From NCBI GenBank assembly GCA_963770835.1, contig CAVYRH010000004.1:384001-448000 (forward strand): DNA of 64,000 nucleotides, given 5' to 3'. The notes under the pieces were generated by a model that was given only the letters and a program-made list of their open reading frames with translations, did not search any database and had not been told where the DNA came from. Source of the stretch: an uncultured Pseudomonadota bacterium. GTDB taxonomy: Bacteria > Oederibacteriota > Muellerivitia > Muellerivitales > Muellerivitaceae. Shown here piece by piece: positions 9,375-19,643 of the stretch (the first letter of the stretch is position 1; each line of letters begins with the position of its first letter). Position numbers and translations under genes: made by a program.

Positions 9375-9477
9375 AAGTTTTAAGTTCGCAATGTTAAGTT
9401 CTAAGTTTCGGAAGTTTTTGAAACGGAGTTTCAAAAACACACCTTAACTTAAAACTAAGAACTCAAAACTGAAAACT
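9375..9477. repeat. Period-7 inverted-repeat element
   Basis: AAGTTTT AAGTTCG ... TAAGTTC TAAGTTT facing AAAACTA AGAACTC AAAACTG AAAACT. Confidence 0.7.
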
Positions 9478-9496
9478 GATTTTAAGGAAGCCCGCC

Positions 9497-11392
9497 ATGA
9501 GCGTCACGGATACCGCCAAACACCTCAACGAAAAAGAAAAAGAATCCCTGGACGTGGCCGAGGGGGCCCGGGAAACGGAATGGACCCAGCCTTCCTTCGT
9601 GGCCGAGCTGTTCATGGGCCGGTTTAGGACCGGCCTGATTTCCCCCTATCCCCTGCAATCCGCGGAGGACAAAGCCGTCGGCGACGAGTTCATGAGGCGC
9701 CTGGAGACCTTCCTCACGGACAACCTGGACCCGGACGAGGTGGACAAGACCGGGGACCTTCCGAAGAAAGTCATCGAGGGGCTGGCCCAACTGGGCTGCT
9801 GGGGCATGAAGATTCCCAAGGAATACGGCGGCCTGGGGCTTTCCCAGATCAACTACAACCGCGCGGTGGCCCTGGTGGCCTCCTATTGCGGCTCGACGGC
9901 CGTGTGGCTTTCGGCCCACCAGTCCATCGGGGTGCCACAGCCCCTGAAGCTTTTCGGAACCGAGGCGCAAAAGAAAAAGTATTTCCCCCAATTCGCCAAG
10001 GGCGCGGTCTCGGCTTTCGCCCTGACCGAGGCCGACGCGGGCAGCGATCCCGCCCACATGGCCACCACCGCCGAACCCTCCACGGACGGCAAAACCTGGA
10101 CGATCAACGGCTCCAAACTCTGGTGCACCAACGGCCTGGTGGCCGACGTGATGGCGGTCATGGCCCGCACGCCCCCCAAAACGGTGAACGGCAAGGAGAA
10201 AAAGCAAATCACGGCCTTCATCGTGGAAAAGGGAACGCCGGGCATCGAATACGTGAGCCGCTGCGACTTCATGGGCATCCGCGCCATCCAAAACGGCGTC
10301 ATCCGATTCAACAACGTGAAGGTGCCCTCCGAAAACATCCTTTGGGGCGAGGGCCAAGGCCTGAAGCTGGCCTTGATCACACTCAACACCGGGCGCCTCA
10401 CCCTTCCCGCCGCCTCGGCGGGCATGAGCAAGCAGGCCCTGCAGATCGCCCGCAACTGGGGCAAGGAGCGCGTGCAGTGGGGCCAGCCCGTGGGCAAGCA
10501 TGAGGCCGGGGCGGTCAAGATCGCCGCCATGGCCGCCTCCACCTTCGCGCAGGAAGCCATGACCTATTACACTTCCGCCCTCGTGGACAAGGGCGGTGCG
10601 GACATCCGCCTGGAAGCCGCCATGGCCAAGCTTTTCTGCAGCGAGGCCTCCTGGAAGATCGTGGACGACCTGATGCAGTTGCGCGGCGGGCGCGGCTATG
10701 AGACGGCCCAATCCCTGCGGACCCGGGGCGAGAAGGGCTACGCGGTGGAGCGCATGATGCGCGATTCCCGAATCAACCGCATCATCGAGGGCACCACCGA
10801 GATACAGCACCTCTTCATCGCGCGCGAAGCGCTCGACAAGCACATGCGTCTGGCCATGGACCTGTTGAACCCCAAGGCCCCGATGGGCCGGAAGATGAAC
10901 GCCCTGGTCAAATGCCTCCTGTTCTATCCCTTCTGGTACCTGAGGATGTGGCTGCCGACGGGGCTCTGGCCCCGCTTCGCGGGCTACGGTTCCCTGGCCA
11001 AGCACATGCGTTTCGTGGAATGCCGGTCCCGCAAACTGGCCCGCACCTTGTTCCACCAGATGGTCAAGTTCGGCCCCAAGCTGGAGCGGCGCCAGAATAT
11101 CCTGGCCCGGCTGGTGGAGGTGGGCACGGAACTTTTCGCCATGGCCACTTCCTGCACCAAGGCCGTGGAACTGGAGAAACAAAACCCCGGCGAAAAGGGC
11201 CCCCGGGAACTGGCCGACCTCTTCTGCCGCCAGGCCCGCCTGCGCATCAAAAATTATTTCAAGGCCGTCTGCCACAACACCGACGTGAGGGATTCCAAAG
11301 CCGCGGTGAAGGCCATGGACGGCGGCTATGAGTGGCTGGAAAAGGGAATCATCGTGGACGACGGACAAGGCTTTAAAGGAAAGAAAGGCTAA
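9497..11392 (+). CDS. Acyl-CoA dehydrogenase (long VLCAD/ACAD9-like)
   Basis: AFALTEADAGSD, INGSKLWCTNG, QLRGGRGY, RINRIIEGTTEI, plus a C-terminal extension. Confidence 0.92.
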   Translation: MSVTDTAKHLNEKEKESLDVAEGARETEWTQPSFVAELFMGRFRTGLISPYPLQSAEDKAVGDEFMRRLETFLTDNLDPDEVDKTGDLPKKVIEGLAQLGCWGMKIPKEYGGLGLSQINYNRAVALVASYCGSTAVWLSAHQSIGVPQPLKLFGTEAQKKKYFPQFAKGAVSAFALTEADAGSDPAHMATTAEPSTDGKTWTINGSKLWCTNGLVADVMAVMARTPPKTVNGKEKKQITAFIVEKGTPGIEYVSRCDFMGIRAIQNGVIRFNNVKVPSENILWGEGQGLKLALITLNTGRLTLPAASAGMSKQALQIARNWGKERVQWGQPVGKHEAGAVKIAAMAASTFAQEAMTYYTSALVDKGGADIRLEAAMAKLFCSEASWKIVDDLMQLRGGRGYETAQSLRTRGEKGYAVERMMRDSRINRIIEGTTEIQHLFIAREALDKHMRLAMDLLNPKAPMGRKMNALVKCLLFYPFWYLRMWLPTGLWPRFAGYGSLAKHMRFVECRSRKLARTLFHQMVKFGPKLERRQNILARLVEVGTELFAMATSCTKAVELEKQNPGEKGPRELADLFCRQARLRIKNYFKAVCHNTDVRDSKAAVKAMDGGYEWLEKGIIVDDGQGFKGKKG

Positions 11393-11398
11393 TCTTTC

Positions 11399-11490
11399 AC
11401 CACAGAGTACACAGAGGTCACAGAGTTTAAATTCGGAATGATTTCACAAAAGATTTTTTTTAACTCTGTGTACTCCGTGAACTCTGTGGT
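11399..11490. repeat. Period-9 inverted-repeat element
   Basis: ACCACAGAG TACACAGAG GTCACAGAG ... CTCTGTGTA CTCCGTGAA CTCTGTGGT. Confidence 0.85.
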
Positions 11491-11505
11491 TCAAGGGGTT
11501 TTTAT

Positions 11506-12024
11506 TTGAGAATACGTCCCGGAACAACCGACGATATTGAGGAAGTCTCCCGCGTTTACGCGCAGGCATGGCGGGAAACCTACCAGGGCCTGGCCCCGGA
11601 CCCCTTCGTCAACGGCATGACGGCGGGCGCCGCCGCGCAGATTTTCCGGGACAGCCTTCCCTCCGACACCCATTCCTACTTTTTCCACGTGGCCGAGGCG
11701 CCCCAGCGGCGCCTGGTGGGTTTCGCGGACGGCGGCAAGGAGAGAACCCACCCCGAGAGCGGCCTGGGCGAGCTTTACGCCATTTACATGCTGAAGGAAT
11801 TCCAAATGAAGGGGACGGGCCGCCTGCTTTTCGAGGCGGCGGTGGAAAGCCTGATCCTGTCGGGCATGAATTCCATGGTCGTTTGGGTCCTGGAAATTAG
11901 CCCTTACCGGAAGTTTTACGAATCCCTCCATGGAACCCTGCAGCCCGGCTTCAAGCAATTGAACGTGGCGGGTGAAACCCTTCGGCTGGTGTCCTACCTT
12001 TGGAGCGATTTAAACAGCCTGTAA
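11506..12024 (+). CDS. GNAT acetyltransferase
   Basis: AWRETYQG, ELYAIY, QMKGTGRLL, RKFYESL. Confidence 0.88.
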   Translation: MRIRPGTTDDIEEVSRVYAQAWRETYQGLAPDPFVNGMTAGAAAQIFRDSLPSDTHSYFFHVAEAPQRRLVGFADGGKERTHPESGLGELYAIYMLKEFQMKGTGRLLFEAAVESLILSGMNSMVVWVLEISPYRKFYESLHGTLQPGFKQLNVAGETLRLVSYLWSDLNSL

Positions 12025-12152
12025 ACCCGATCCATCACCAAGTTAAATGGTTTCCGATTTTTAACAGGGGATTCATAGCTTCTCCACCTCCCAGGCGGGT
12101 AAAATCCTCCCCGTTCCATCATTTTGAGGATTCGTTTTGAGGGAGGCTTCTT

Positions 12153-13094
12153 ATGTTGAACCGCAACGGATTTGTTTTTTTACTAGTCCTCGGGGTTTTC
12201 ACTTGGACTGGTTGTGGAAAGAACCTCGCTCCTTCCAGCCCCAGTAGCGGTTCCAACTCTCCTTCTTTTGCCTTCCAGTTCAATTACGGCGACGAGGGCT
12301 TTTCCGGCACTGGGAACGGCCAGTTTGAAAATCCTTACGGCGTGGCCGTCTATAACAACTGGCTTTTTGTCAGTGATTTCGGCGGCCGCGTCCAAAAATT
12401 CGACTTGAACGGGAATTTTTTGGCGGCCTACACCGGCAACCCCAGCAAGCATTTTTTCGCCCCGCAAGGACTTGCCATCGACAAAAACGGAATCCTCTAT
12501 GTCAGCGATACGGGAAACAACCAAATCCAAGAAATCGACGCCAACGGCAATTACCTGGCGACGCTCGGGAGCGGGACCGCGGACGCGGTCCTGGGCGATT
12601 TTTCGTTTCCCTTGGGCATCGCCGTCGACAGCCAGTCCAATATTTACGTCGCGGACCATACCAATGAAAGGCTGGAAAAATGCAGCCAGACCGGATCAGG
12701 CTGCGTGACCGTGGGTTCCTATAGCTACGTGGCCGGAGTGGCAGTGGACCGATCGAACAACGTCTGGGTGACCGATGAGACCGCCAGTAAAATCTACGAA
12801 TACAGCTCCTCCCTTTCGCTTTTGAATACCTACGGGACCGTCGGATCGGCGGCGGGTGACATCTACTACCCCCGGGGCATCGCGTTGGGGACCGACGGGA
12901 ATTTGTTGGTAGCGGATTACGGTAATTACCGGGTGGACAGGTTCAGCACCAGTTGGAGCTACCTGGGGACGGTCGGGACCCAAGGCCCGGGCAGCGCCCC
13001 GGGCCAGTTTGCTCTTCCAAACTTCATTGCCATGGACGCGGGCGGAAACGTCTATGTCAGCGACTTTACGAACCAAGTCGTTATGAAGTTTTAA
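12153..13094 (+). CDS. NHL-repeat lipoprotein (6-bladed propeller)
   Basis: Lipobox-like WTGC; GQFENPYGVAV and PQGLAIDKNGILYVSDTGN repeats. Confidence 0.88.
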   Translation: MLNRNGFVFLLVLGVFTWTGCGKNLAPSSPSSGSNSPSFAFQFNYGDEGFSGTGNGQFENPYGVAVYNNWLFVSDFGGRVQKFDLNGNFLAAYTGNPSKHFFAPQGLAIDKNGILYVSDTGNNQIQEIDANGNYLATLGSGTADAVLGDFSFPLGIAVDSQSNIYVADHTNERLEKCSQTGSGCVTVGSYSYVAGVAVDRSNNVWVTDETASKIYEYSSSLSLLNTYGTVGSAAGDIYYPRGIALGTDGNLLVADYGNYRVDRFSTSWSYLGTVGTQGPGSAPGQFALPNFIAMDAGGNVYVSDFTNQVVMKF

Positions 13095-13113
13095 AAGGCC
13101 GCTTCCTTTCAAA

Positions 13114-13147
13114 AGCCACCCCGACCTATGATGGGGTGGCTTTTTTA
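13114..13147 (+). terminator. Intrinsic terminator
   Basis: AGCCACCCC-loop-GGGGTGGCT followed by a T-tract. Confidence 0.75.
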
Positions 13148-13163
13148 TTTTTAAGGAGAGCCC

Positions 13164-14279
13164 ATGTCCCACGCCACGCCGGAAGGAACGAAGAAATACG
13201 CCGCGCGGTTTCCGGAGTTCGAAAAGGCCGGGCATTACCGGGACTTCATGGGGCTCACCGTTTCCTCCCTCGGCCTGGGGACCTACCTGGGCCGCCCGGA
13301 CGAGATTGACGATAAGCTTTACGTCGAAGCGGCCAAAACCGCGCTGACTTCCGGCATCAACCTGATCGATTCCGCCATCAACTACCGCTGCATGCGAAGC
13401 GAAAGAAACATCGGGCAGGCCCTTCGGGAGCTGATCGCCGAAGGACGGATCACGCGCGAAGAGGTGGTCATCTGCACCAAGGGCGGGTTCATCCCCTTCG
13501 ACGGGACGCCCGCCGCCGATTTTTCCCAATATTTGCAGGATACCTACGTCAAAACCAAGATTTGCAAGCCCGACGACGTGGTGGCGGGCTGCCACTGCAT
13601 GACCCCCTCCTACCTCAACAGCCAAGTGGAAAAGTCCCTGCAAAACCTGGGGCTGGACTGTATCGACCTTTATTACTTGCACAACCCGGAGATGCAACTG
13701 GACGAGGTTCCCCGGACGGATTTCCTCTACCGCTTGGACCAAGCCTTCGAGGAATTGGAAAGACTGGCGCAAATGGGGAAAATACAGGCTTACGGCACCG
13801 CCACCTGGAACGGTTACCGCGTTCCTTCCAACAGCCAGGATTACCTGTCACTCCACGATGTTTTGAAAACCGCCGAAAAGGCGGGCCGGGGGTCTTCCCA
13901 TTTCAAGGCGATCCAGCTTCCGTATAATTTGGGCATGGCCGAGGCCTACGGGATGCCCAACCAGGTGTTGGGTTCCCAAACCGTTTCCCTTTTGGAGGCC
14001 GCGAAGGCCAACGGTATCGCGGTCTTCACCAGCGCCTCCATCCTCCAGTCCCGCCTTACCCGGAACCTGCCGCCGGTGGTGGCCGAGATTTTTACGGGCC
14101 TTGAAACCGACGCCCAAAGGGCCATCCAGTTTGTGCGCTCCACGCCGGGGGTTACCGCCGCGCTGGTGGGTATGAAGCGCAAGGAACACGTGGAGGAAAA
14201 CATAAAGGTGGCCAATGTGGCCCCTGCATCGGGTGAAAAAGTCGCGGAACTATTTAATGAAGAGGGTTCGCGTTCCTAA
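13164..14279 (+). CDS. Aldo/keto reductase
   Basis: SSLGLGTY, GINLIDSAINY, CTKGG, IDLYYLHNPE. Confidence 0.88.
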   Translation: MSHATPEGTKKYAARFPEFEKAGHYRDFMGLTVSSLGLGTYLGRPDEIDDKLYVEAAKTALTSGINLIDSAINYRCMRSERNIGQALRELIAEGRITREEVVICTKGGFIPFDGTPAADFSQYLQDTYVKTKICKPDDVVAGCHCMTPSYLNSQVEKSLQNLGLDCIDLYYLHNPEMQLDEVPRTDFLYRLDQAFEELERLAQMGKIQAYGTATWNGYRVPSNSQDYLSLHDVLKTAEKAGRGSSHFKAIQLPYNLGMAEAYGMPNQVLGSQTVSLLEAAKANGIAVFTSASILQSRLTRNLPPVVAEIFTGLETDAQRAIQFVRSTPGVTAALVGMKRKEHVEENIKVANVAPASGEKVAELFNEEGSRS

Positions 14280-14315
14280 GTTTGCCTAGTTCCGAATCTC
14301 CCCCAGGATTTTCCC

Positions 14316-14840
14316 ATGGACAACCGGATTGAAATCCTCAAGGCCGACATCACCACTTTAAAAGTGGACGCCATCGTCAACGCGGCCAACCGGGGACTCC
14401 TGGGCGGCGGCGGGGTGGACGGGGCCATCCACCGGGCGGCCGGGCCCGGGCTTTTGGAGGAGTGCCGCAAACTGGGCGGCTGTGAAACGGGCCAATGTAA
14501 GGTGACGAAGGGCTACGGCCTGCCCGCCCCATGGGTGATCCACGCGGTGGGCCCGGTTTGGACCGGCGGGGGAAAGGGGGAGGAAGGGCTTTTGGCCTCC
14601 TGCTACCGCAATGCCCTGGACCTCGCGGGGAAAATGTCCCTCAAGACCATCGCCTTCCCGGCCATCAGCTGCGGCGTTTACGGCTTTCCCATACCCCGGG
14701 CCTGCGCCATCGCCTGGGAGGAAATCCAGGAAGGCTTATCGCGCCATCCATCCCTGGAAAAAGTCACCCTGGCTTGTTTTGGGGACGAAGTTTATGAGGC
14801 TTATCGGCGCCTGGCTTCTGCGTTTGCACAGGAACCTTAA
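14316..14840 (+). CDS. ymdB: Macro-domain O-acetyl-ADP-ribose deacetylase
   Basis: DAIVNAAN...[28 protein letters not shown]. Confidence 0.9.
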   Translation: MDNRIEILKADITTLKVDAIVNAANRGLLGGGGVDGAIHRAAGPGLLEECRKLGGCETGQCKVTKGYGLPAPWVIHAVGPVWTGGGKGEEGLLASCYRNALDLAGKMSLKTIAFPAISCGVYGFPIPRACAIAWEEIQEGLSRHPSLEKVTLACFGDEVYEAYRRLASAFAQEP

Positions 14841-15418
14841 GGGCAGGTGTTGACCACCATTTCAAGAGTAAAGCTTGAAGTGGTCGAGGCGGGAAAAGCC
14901 GGCGGGAAGGCCGCCCAAGTATAGGCGACATACCGGAGGTTCCCCGAGCCGACAGCGGGGCAGGTATTGGTGTTGCCGGTTTGCTCCAGGGCCAGCCAAT
15001 AAGTGGTGGCCGAAGGCGCGGGAAGCGAGAGGTTGGTCACATCGAGGGTGTTCCAACCCGTGACTGCGTTTTGAGGGACGGAGGCCACGATCAAGTTGCC
15101 CGGGGCGCTGGAGCCGTTGTCATTGTAGACCGCCAGCCAAACCTGTCCGCTGATGGAAAAGCTGCTCACCGGGGTCAAATAAGCCCCCACGCTGATGGCG
15201 GTGGCGGTGGAGGCCAGCGTGACGGGCTGGGCGTAAAGGGTGTTGGCGGACATAAAAAGGTTTGCGGTGAAGCCGGTCGTGACGCCCTGCTGGCTGGGAG
15301 ACGCGCAAAGGGGCGCCGGGGAAGAGGGGGAGGAAGGCGCCGGGGTGGTTTTACTGCCGCAACCCGCGGCGAAAAGCGCCGCGCCGCATAAGGCCAATGC
15401 CCAATTTGAGTTTTTCAT
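14837..15418 (-). CDS. Hypothetical lipoprotein
   Basis: SD GGAG; MKN-hydrophobic-AAGC lipobox; beta-rich domain. Confidence 0.75.
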   Translation of the reverse strand: MKNSNWALALCGAALFAAGCGSKTTPAPSSPSSPAPLCASPSQQGVTTGFTANLFMSANTLYAQPVTLASTATAISVGAYLTPVSSFSISGQVWLAVYNDNGSSAPGNLIVASVPQNAVTGWNTLDVTNLSLPAPSATTYWLALEQTGNTNTCPAVGSGNLRYVAYTWAAFPPAFPASTTSSFTLEMVVNTCP

Positions 15419-15550
15419 GGTCCTCTCCCAGTGGCGACTTTGACAACGGCGTCACTTTAAACTGAAAAAGGAAAGGACTTCAATGCCCCCGGCAAATCTT
15501 TCTTTGAGGGGAATCGAGAAACAAAGAATAAATCCCACCCGGAAAGGTTT

Positions 15551-16600
15551 TTAACCCTTCAGCGAGGCCATGTCGATGACGAAGCGGTAGCGCACGTCGT
15601 TTTTCAGCATGCGCTCGAAGGAATCGTTGATTTTTTGCATCGGGATGACTTCCACATCGGCCCCCAGGCCATGCTCGGCGCAGAAGTCCAGCATCTCCTG
15701 CGTTTCCTTGATGCTTCCCACCTGCGAGCCCGCCACGGCCCGGCGCTTGGCCGTCAGGGCGAAGGGCAGGATAGCCGGGGACTTCGGCGGAAGCCCCACT
15801 AGGACCAGCGTTCCATCCCGTTTCAAAAGCTCCATATACTTGGTGAAGTCGTGGTCGGCGGAAACGGCATCAATGATCAGGTTGAAATAACCGGCGTACT
15901 CCGTGAAGCTTTTGGGGTCGGACATGTCGACGAAACGCTTGGCTCCCAACCGAAAGGCGTCGTCCTTCTTCTTGGCGGAGGAGCTTAGCACCGTCACTTC
16001 CGCACCCATGGCCGCTGCCAGCTTCACGCCCATGTGCCCCAAGCCCCCCAGCCCCAGAATGGCCACCTTTTTGCCAGGTCCGGCGTTCCAATGCCGTAAG
16101 GGTGAATAGGTCGTGATGCCCGCGCATAGCAAGGGCGCGGCCTCGTGGAGCTTCAGTTTTGGAGAAACCTTGAGGACGTAGTTCTCGTCCGCCACAATTT
16201 TCGTGGAATAACCGCCGTAAGTGGGCTTGCCCGTCTCCTTTTCCACGCCGCCGTAGGTCCAAACGATGGTCCCCTCGCAATACTGTTCCAGTCCTTCCTT
16301 GCAGGACTCGCAGGTTCGGCAGGTGTCCACCAAAACGCCGATCCCCGCCATATCACCCTTCTTGAACTTGGAAACGGAGGATCCCACGGCCTCCACCCGG
16401 CCCACGATTTCGTGGCCCGGCACCATGGGGTAACCGCCGAAGCCCCATTCGTTCTTGACCTGATGCAGGTCCGAGTGGCAGACGCCGCAGAAAAGGATGT
16501 CGATCAAAACGTCGTGGGGCCCAGGTTCCCGGCGCTGCAGGTCGAATGGCTTCAAAGTTTCCTTGGCTTGGTGGGCGGCATAGGCTTTTGCGGATGGCAT
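15551..16600 (-). CDS. Zn/NADP-dependent alcohol dehydrogenase (cinnamyl ADH/YahK family)
   Basis: CGVCHSD, GHEIVG, structural Zn cysteines, GLGGLG, DVRYRFVID. Confidence 0.93.
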   Translation of the reverse strand: MPSAKAYAAHQAKETLKPFDLQRREPGPHDVLIDILFCGVCHSDLHQVKNEWGFGGYPMVPGHEIVGRVEAVGSSVSKFKKGDMAGIGVLVDTCRTCESCKEGLEQYCEGTIVWTYGGVEKETGKPTYGGYSTKIVADENYVLKVSPKLKLHEAAPLLCAGITTYSPLRHWNAGPGKKVAILGLGGLGHMGVKLAAAMGAEVTVLSSSAKKKDDAFRLGAKRFVDMSDPKSFTEYAGYFNLIIDAVSADHDFTKYMELLKRDGTLVLVGLPPKSPAILPFALTAKRRAVAGSQVGSIKETQEMLDFCAEHGLGADVEVIPMQKINDSFERMLKNDVRYRFVIDMASLKG

Positions 16601-16620
16601 ACTTCCCCCTATAAAAATAG

Positions 16621-16713
16621 TTTTGAGTTCTAAGTTTTAAGTTCTGAGTTGTGGTGTGTTTTTGTTTGCTTTTCCCAAACAAAAACATTCCAAAACTTCA
16701 CACTTCAAACTCA
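16621..16713. repeat. Period-7 inverted-repeat element
   Basis: TGAGTTC TAAGTTT TAAGTTC TGAGTT ... AAAACTT CACACTT CAAACTCA. Confidence 0.7.
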
Positions 16714-16833
16714 TCACGTCGAACAGCCTTTAGGGGGATGCTAGTGGATAAAAATGGTAATAGACAAGGGCAGAACCGCGGAAGGATCAAATATTTTCGA
16801 AGGAAGCGCTTTCGGCGGGCGGGGGTTCACTCC

Positions 16834-17481
16834 CTAAGAGGTGTAAGCTTTTTTGGATGGCCTGAGGAAGGGAAACAACAGGATTCCCGTGAGGAAGCCA
16901 CCCACGTGGGCCCAAAAGGCCACCCCGCCCATGTGCGGGTCGGACAGGGTGGCCATGAAATATTGCTCCAGGAACCAGAATCCCACCACGAAAAAGGCGC
17001 GGGCCGGTATGGAAAAGATGGGGAAGATCAGGAAGAAGAACTGCAGCCGCATTTTCTGCCAGGGGAAGATCACCATATAAAGGGCGCAGATGCCCGAGAT
17101 GGCGCCGGAGGCGCCCACCAAGGGAAGGGTGGAATGGGGGTCCACCATGTATTGCAGGTAACAGGCTCCCAGGCCCGAGAGGAAATAAGCCAGGAGGTAG
17201 TTGAAGCGCCCCAGGCGGTCCTCCACGTTGTCGCCGAAGACGTAGAGGAAGTACATGTTGCCGATCAGGTGCAGGAGGTTGGCGTGCAGGAACATGGAGG
17301 AAAAAACGTCCTTGAAATGCGGGTGGGCGGGGGTGAAGCCGTAGTGCCAGATGATCTTCTCGAAGGATGGCCGCATGGCGGTTTTGAAGAAGATATAGCA
17401 GTTCAACATGATGAGGAGGACATTGACCAAGGGGAACTTCTTGGGCGGGTTACCCTCCTGGACGGGCAGAAAGAAAAACAA
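16834..17481 (-). CDS. Rhomboid intramembrane serine protease
   Basis: HANLLHLIGNM, GASG, AHVGGF. Confidence 0.92.
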   Translation of the reverse strand: MFFFLPVQEGNPPKKFPLVNVLLIMLNCYIFFKTAMRPSFEKIIWHYGFTPAHPHFKDVFSSMFLHANLLHLIGNMYFLYVFGDNVEDRLGRFNYLLAYFLSGLGACYLQYMVDPHSTLPLVGASGAISGICALYMVIFPWQKMRLQFFFLIFPIFSIPARAFFVVGFWFLEQYFMATLSDPHMGGVAFWAHVGGFLTGILLFPFLRPSKKAYTS

Positions 17482-17484
17482 AGC

Positions 17485-18183
17485 TCAGGCCTTTGATTTC
17501 TTTTGCGGCATGAGGAAGTGAAGCGCTACCCCCGCCACGAGGGCCCCCAAATGGGCACTCAAGGCGATTCCCGCCGTGGGAATGATGGTAAAGAGAGAAA
17601 TACCGAAGGAGTTCAAGAAGCGTATCAGGAAGGCCAGCTTTGCCCAGGGTGTAAAAGCGATGGCGGCTTGCACCCCCGCCCACAAGACCATCACCCAGAG
17701 GGTGCGGGAAGGGATCTCGAACAAGGGGGCCCCGAAGAAGGAAAAGATCCATTTCATCTTCCCCCAGGGGTACATCAGCAGGTAGATGACGCCCAGGCCG
17801 GTGACGACCCGGGAGGAACCCACCAGGGGGACCACGCCCTGGCGGTGGAAATACCAGTGGGCCAGCTCGCTGGAAAGGGCGATCACCGCATAGGCGATCA
17901 GGTAGTTTATTTTCCCCAGGCGCTGTTCCACGCCTTTTCCGAACATATAAAGGAAGGTCATATTGGTCAAAAGCTGGGCCCAACTGCTGTGAACGAATGG
18001 CCCGGTGAGGATGCCGATGGTGAGGCCGCGCACGGGGATGAAGCCGTAATGGCCCAGGACTTCCAGGAAACCCGGAAGATTGATGGTTTTCAAGGCCACG
18101 ACCACGTTTAAAACGATGATGGCCATGTTGGTCCAGGCGATGTGCTTGGACGCCGGGGTGTCTTCGACGAAGGTGATGAACAA
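17485..18183 (-). CDS. Rhomboid-family protein, degenerate active site
   Basis: HSSWAQLLTNM, GSSR in place of GxSG, SAHLGA. Confidence 0.85.
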   Translation of the reverse strand: MFITFVEDTPASKHIAWTNMAIIVLNVVVALKTINLPGFLEVLGHYGFIPVRGLTIGILTGPFVHSSWAQLLTNMTFLYMFGKGVEQRLGKINYLIAYAVIALSSELAHWYFHRQGVVPLVGSSRVVTGLGVIYLLMYPWGKMKWIFSFFGAPLFEIPSRTLWVMVLWAGVQAAIAFTPWAKLAFLIRFLNSFGISLFTIIPTAGIALSAHLGALVAGVALHFLMPQKKSKA

Positions 18184-18254
18184 GATGGAACCTCGGATGA
18201 AACTGGGATGAGAAGGGATTTTAAAGGTTATAAACCAAAAGCCAAGGAATTTTT

Positions 18255-18358
18255 GCCACAGATGAATGGGATGAATTGGATAAAACCTAAAGCCGACGGA
18301 CGAATTTTTAGATTCTTTTTTAATTTATTTCATCCCAATTATCCCATTCATCTGTGGC
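18255..18358. repeat. Period-9 inverted-repeat element
   Basis: GCCACAGATGAATGGGATGAATTGGAT ... ATCCCAATTATCCCATTCATCTGTGGC. Confidence 0.8.
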
Positions 18359-19539
18359 TAAATTGATTTTTCCGTGGTTGTCCCCCCGATTGCGGCGGCT
18401 TCGACTATGGCCTTTTCGGCCAAGGAGGTTTGTTCCACCGGCAGGACGGCGTTGGGGCTGCGATTGGGCACCTTCCAGACACCCGGAATGGGGGTTTTGC
18501 ATTTCGGGCAGAGGCCGTTGGGCCCCAATTTGTTTTGATAAACCCGAAAACCATAGCGTTCAATGAGCAGTTCGTCGCAGGAGGGGCAATAGGTGTTTTC
18601 GGTAGTTCCCACCTCGCCGGGGCGGTTGCCGGAATACACGTAACGCAAGCCCGCTTCCTTTCCGATTTGATATCCCCGGTTCAATTGTTCCGGACGGGTA
18701 TCGGGGGTGTCCATCATCTTGTAATCGGAATGGAAGGCCGTGATGTGCCAGGGGATGTCGCGATCGACCGAGGCGATGAACTTGGCGATGCCCTTGAGCT
18801 CCGCCTCGCTGTCGTTAAAACCGGGGATCAACAAGGTGACGATTTCCAGCCAGAAGCCCATGGCCTTCAACCGCTCGATGGATTCCAGCACCGGCTTCAA
18901 GGTTCCGCCCATGGTGGAGCGGTAATGCTTGTCGTTGAAGCCCTTCAAATCCACCTTGTACAGGTCCACCCAAGGCCTAATAAATTCCAACACTTCCTTG
19001 GTGGCATTGCCATTGGAAACATAGGAAGTCAGGAGGCCCTTCTTCCGGGCTTCCCGGAAGACTTCGACGGACCATTCACTGGTGATCAAGGGTTCGTTAT
19101 AGGTCGAGGTGACGGTGGGGCATTTATATTGGAGGGCCAATTGCACGATACCCGCCGCGGTCATGTCCTGCGGATAGGCCCCCGCTTCCTCCGAAGCCGG
19201 GTCGTGGAGCGCCTGGCTGGTGATCCAGTTCTGGCAATAGTGGCAATGGTAGTCGCAACCCAGCATTCCATAGGAAAAAGCCTGGGTACCGGGCAGGGCG
19301 TGGAAGAAGGGCTTCTTCTCGATGGGGTCCACCTGAAGGGCCCCCACGTAGTTGCGGGGAACCCTCAAAAACCCGCCCTCGTTGTAACGGACCTTGCAGA
19401 TGCCCTTTTTGCCTTCCGGTATGCGGCAGCGATGGGCGCAGGCGTAGCAGTGCACCCGGTTGTCCGGCAGTTTTTCGTAAAGTTTTCCCCCGGTGGTCCG
19501 CTCCGAGAGCAGTTGTTCGAGCGTCAATACTTCGGTCAT
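18358..19539 (-). CDS. amrS: AmmeMemoRadiSam system radical SAM enzyme
   Basis: N-terminal CxxCxxxC; DPIEKKPFFH; CDYHCHYCQN; C-terminal CPxC ribbons. Confidence 0.9.
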   Translation of the reverse strand: MTEVLTLEQLLSERTTGGKLYEKLPDNRVHCYACAHRCRIPEGKKGICKVRYNEGGFLRVPRNYVGALQVDPIEKKPFFHALPGTQAFSYGMLGCDYHCHYCQNWITSQALHDPASEEAGAYPQDMTAAGIVQLALQYKCPTVTSTYNEPLITSEWSVEVFREARKKGLLTSYVSNGNATKEVLEFIRPWVDLYKVDLKGFNDKHYRSTMGGTLKPVLESIERLKAMGFWLEIVTLLIPGFNDSEAELKGIAKFIASVDRDIPWHITAFHSDYKMMDTPDTRPEQLNRGYQIGKEAGLRYVYSGNRPGEVGTTENTYCPSCDELLIERYGFRVYQNKLGPNGLCPKCKTPIPGVWKVPNRSPNAVLPVEQTSLAEKAIVEAAAIGGTTTEKSI

Positions 19540-19643
19540 AACGATCCTTTCATCTCCATCTTAAGACGGGTTTCAGGGCAAAAACAGGTTCGCCGCGGTT
19601 TAAAAAAAGGTAAAATGACGTTCCTTTCCATGAAGGAGCCCAA

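Noticed and set aside
9482..11368. Long antisense ORFs (also 12696-13772, 18430-19710, 52664-53587, 54302-55210, 60879-61865)
   Set aside because: Shadow frames of well-supported genes in GC-rich DNA.
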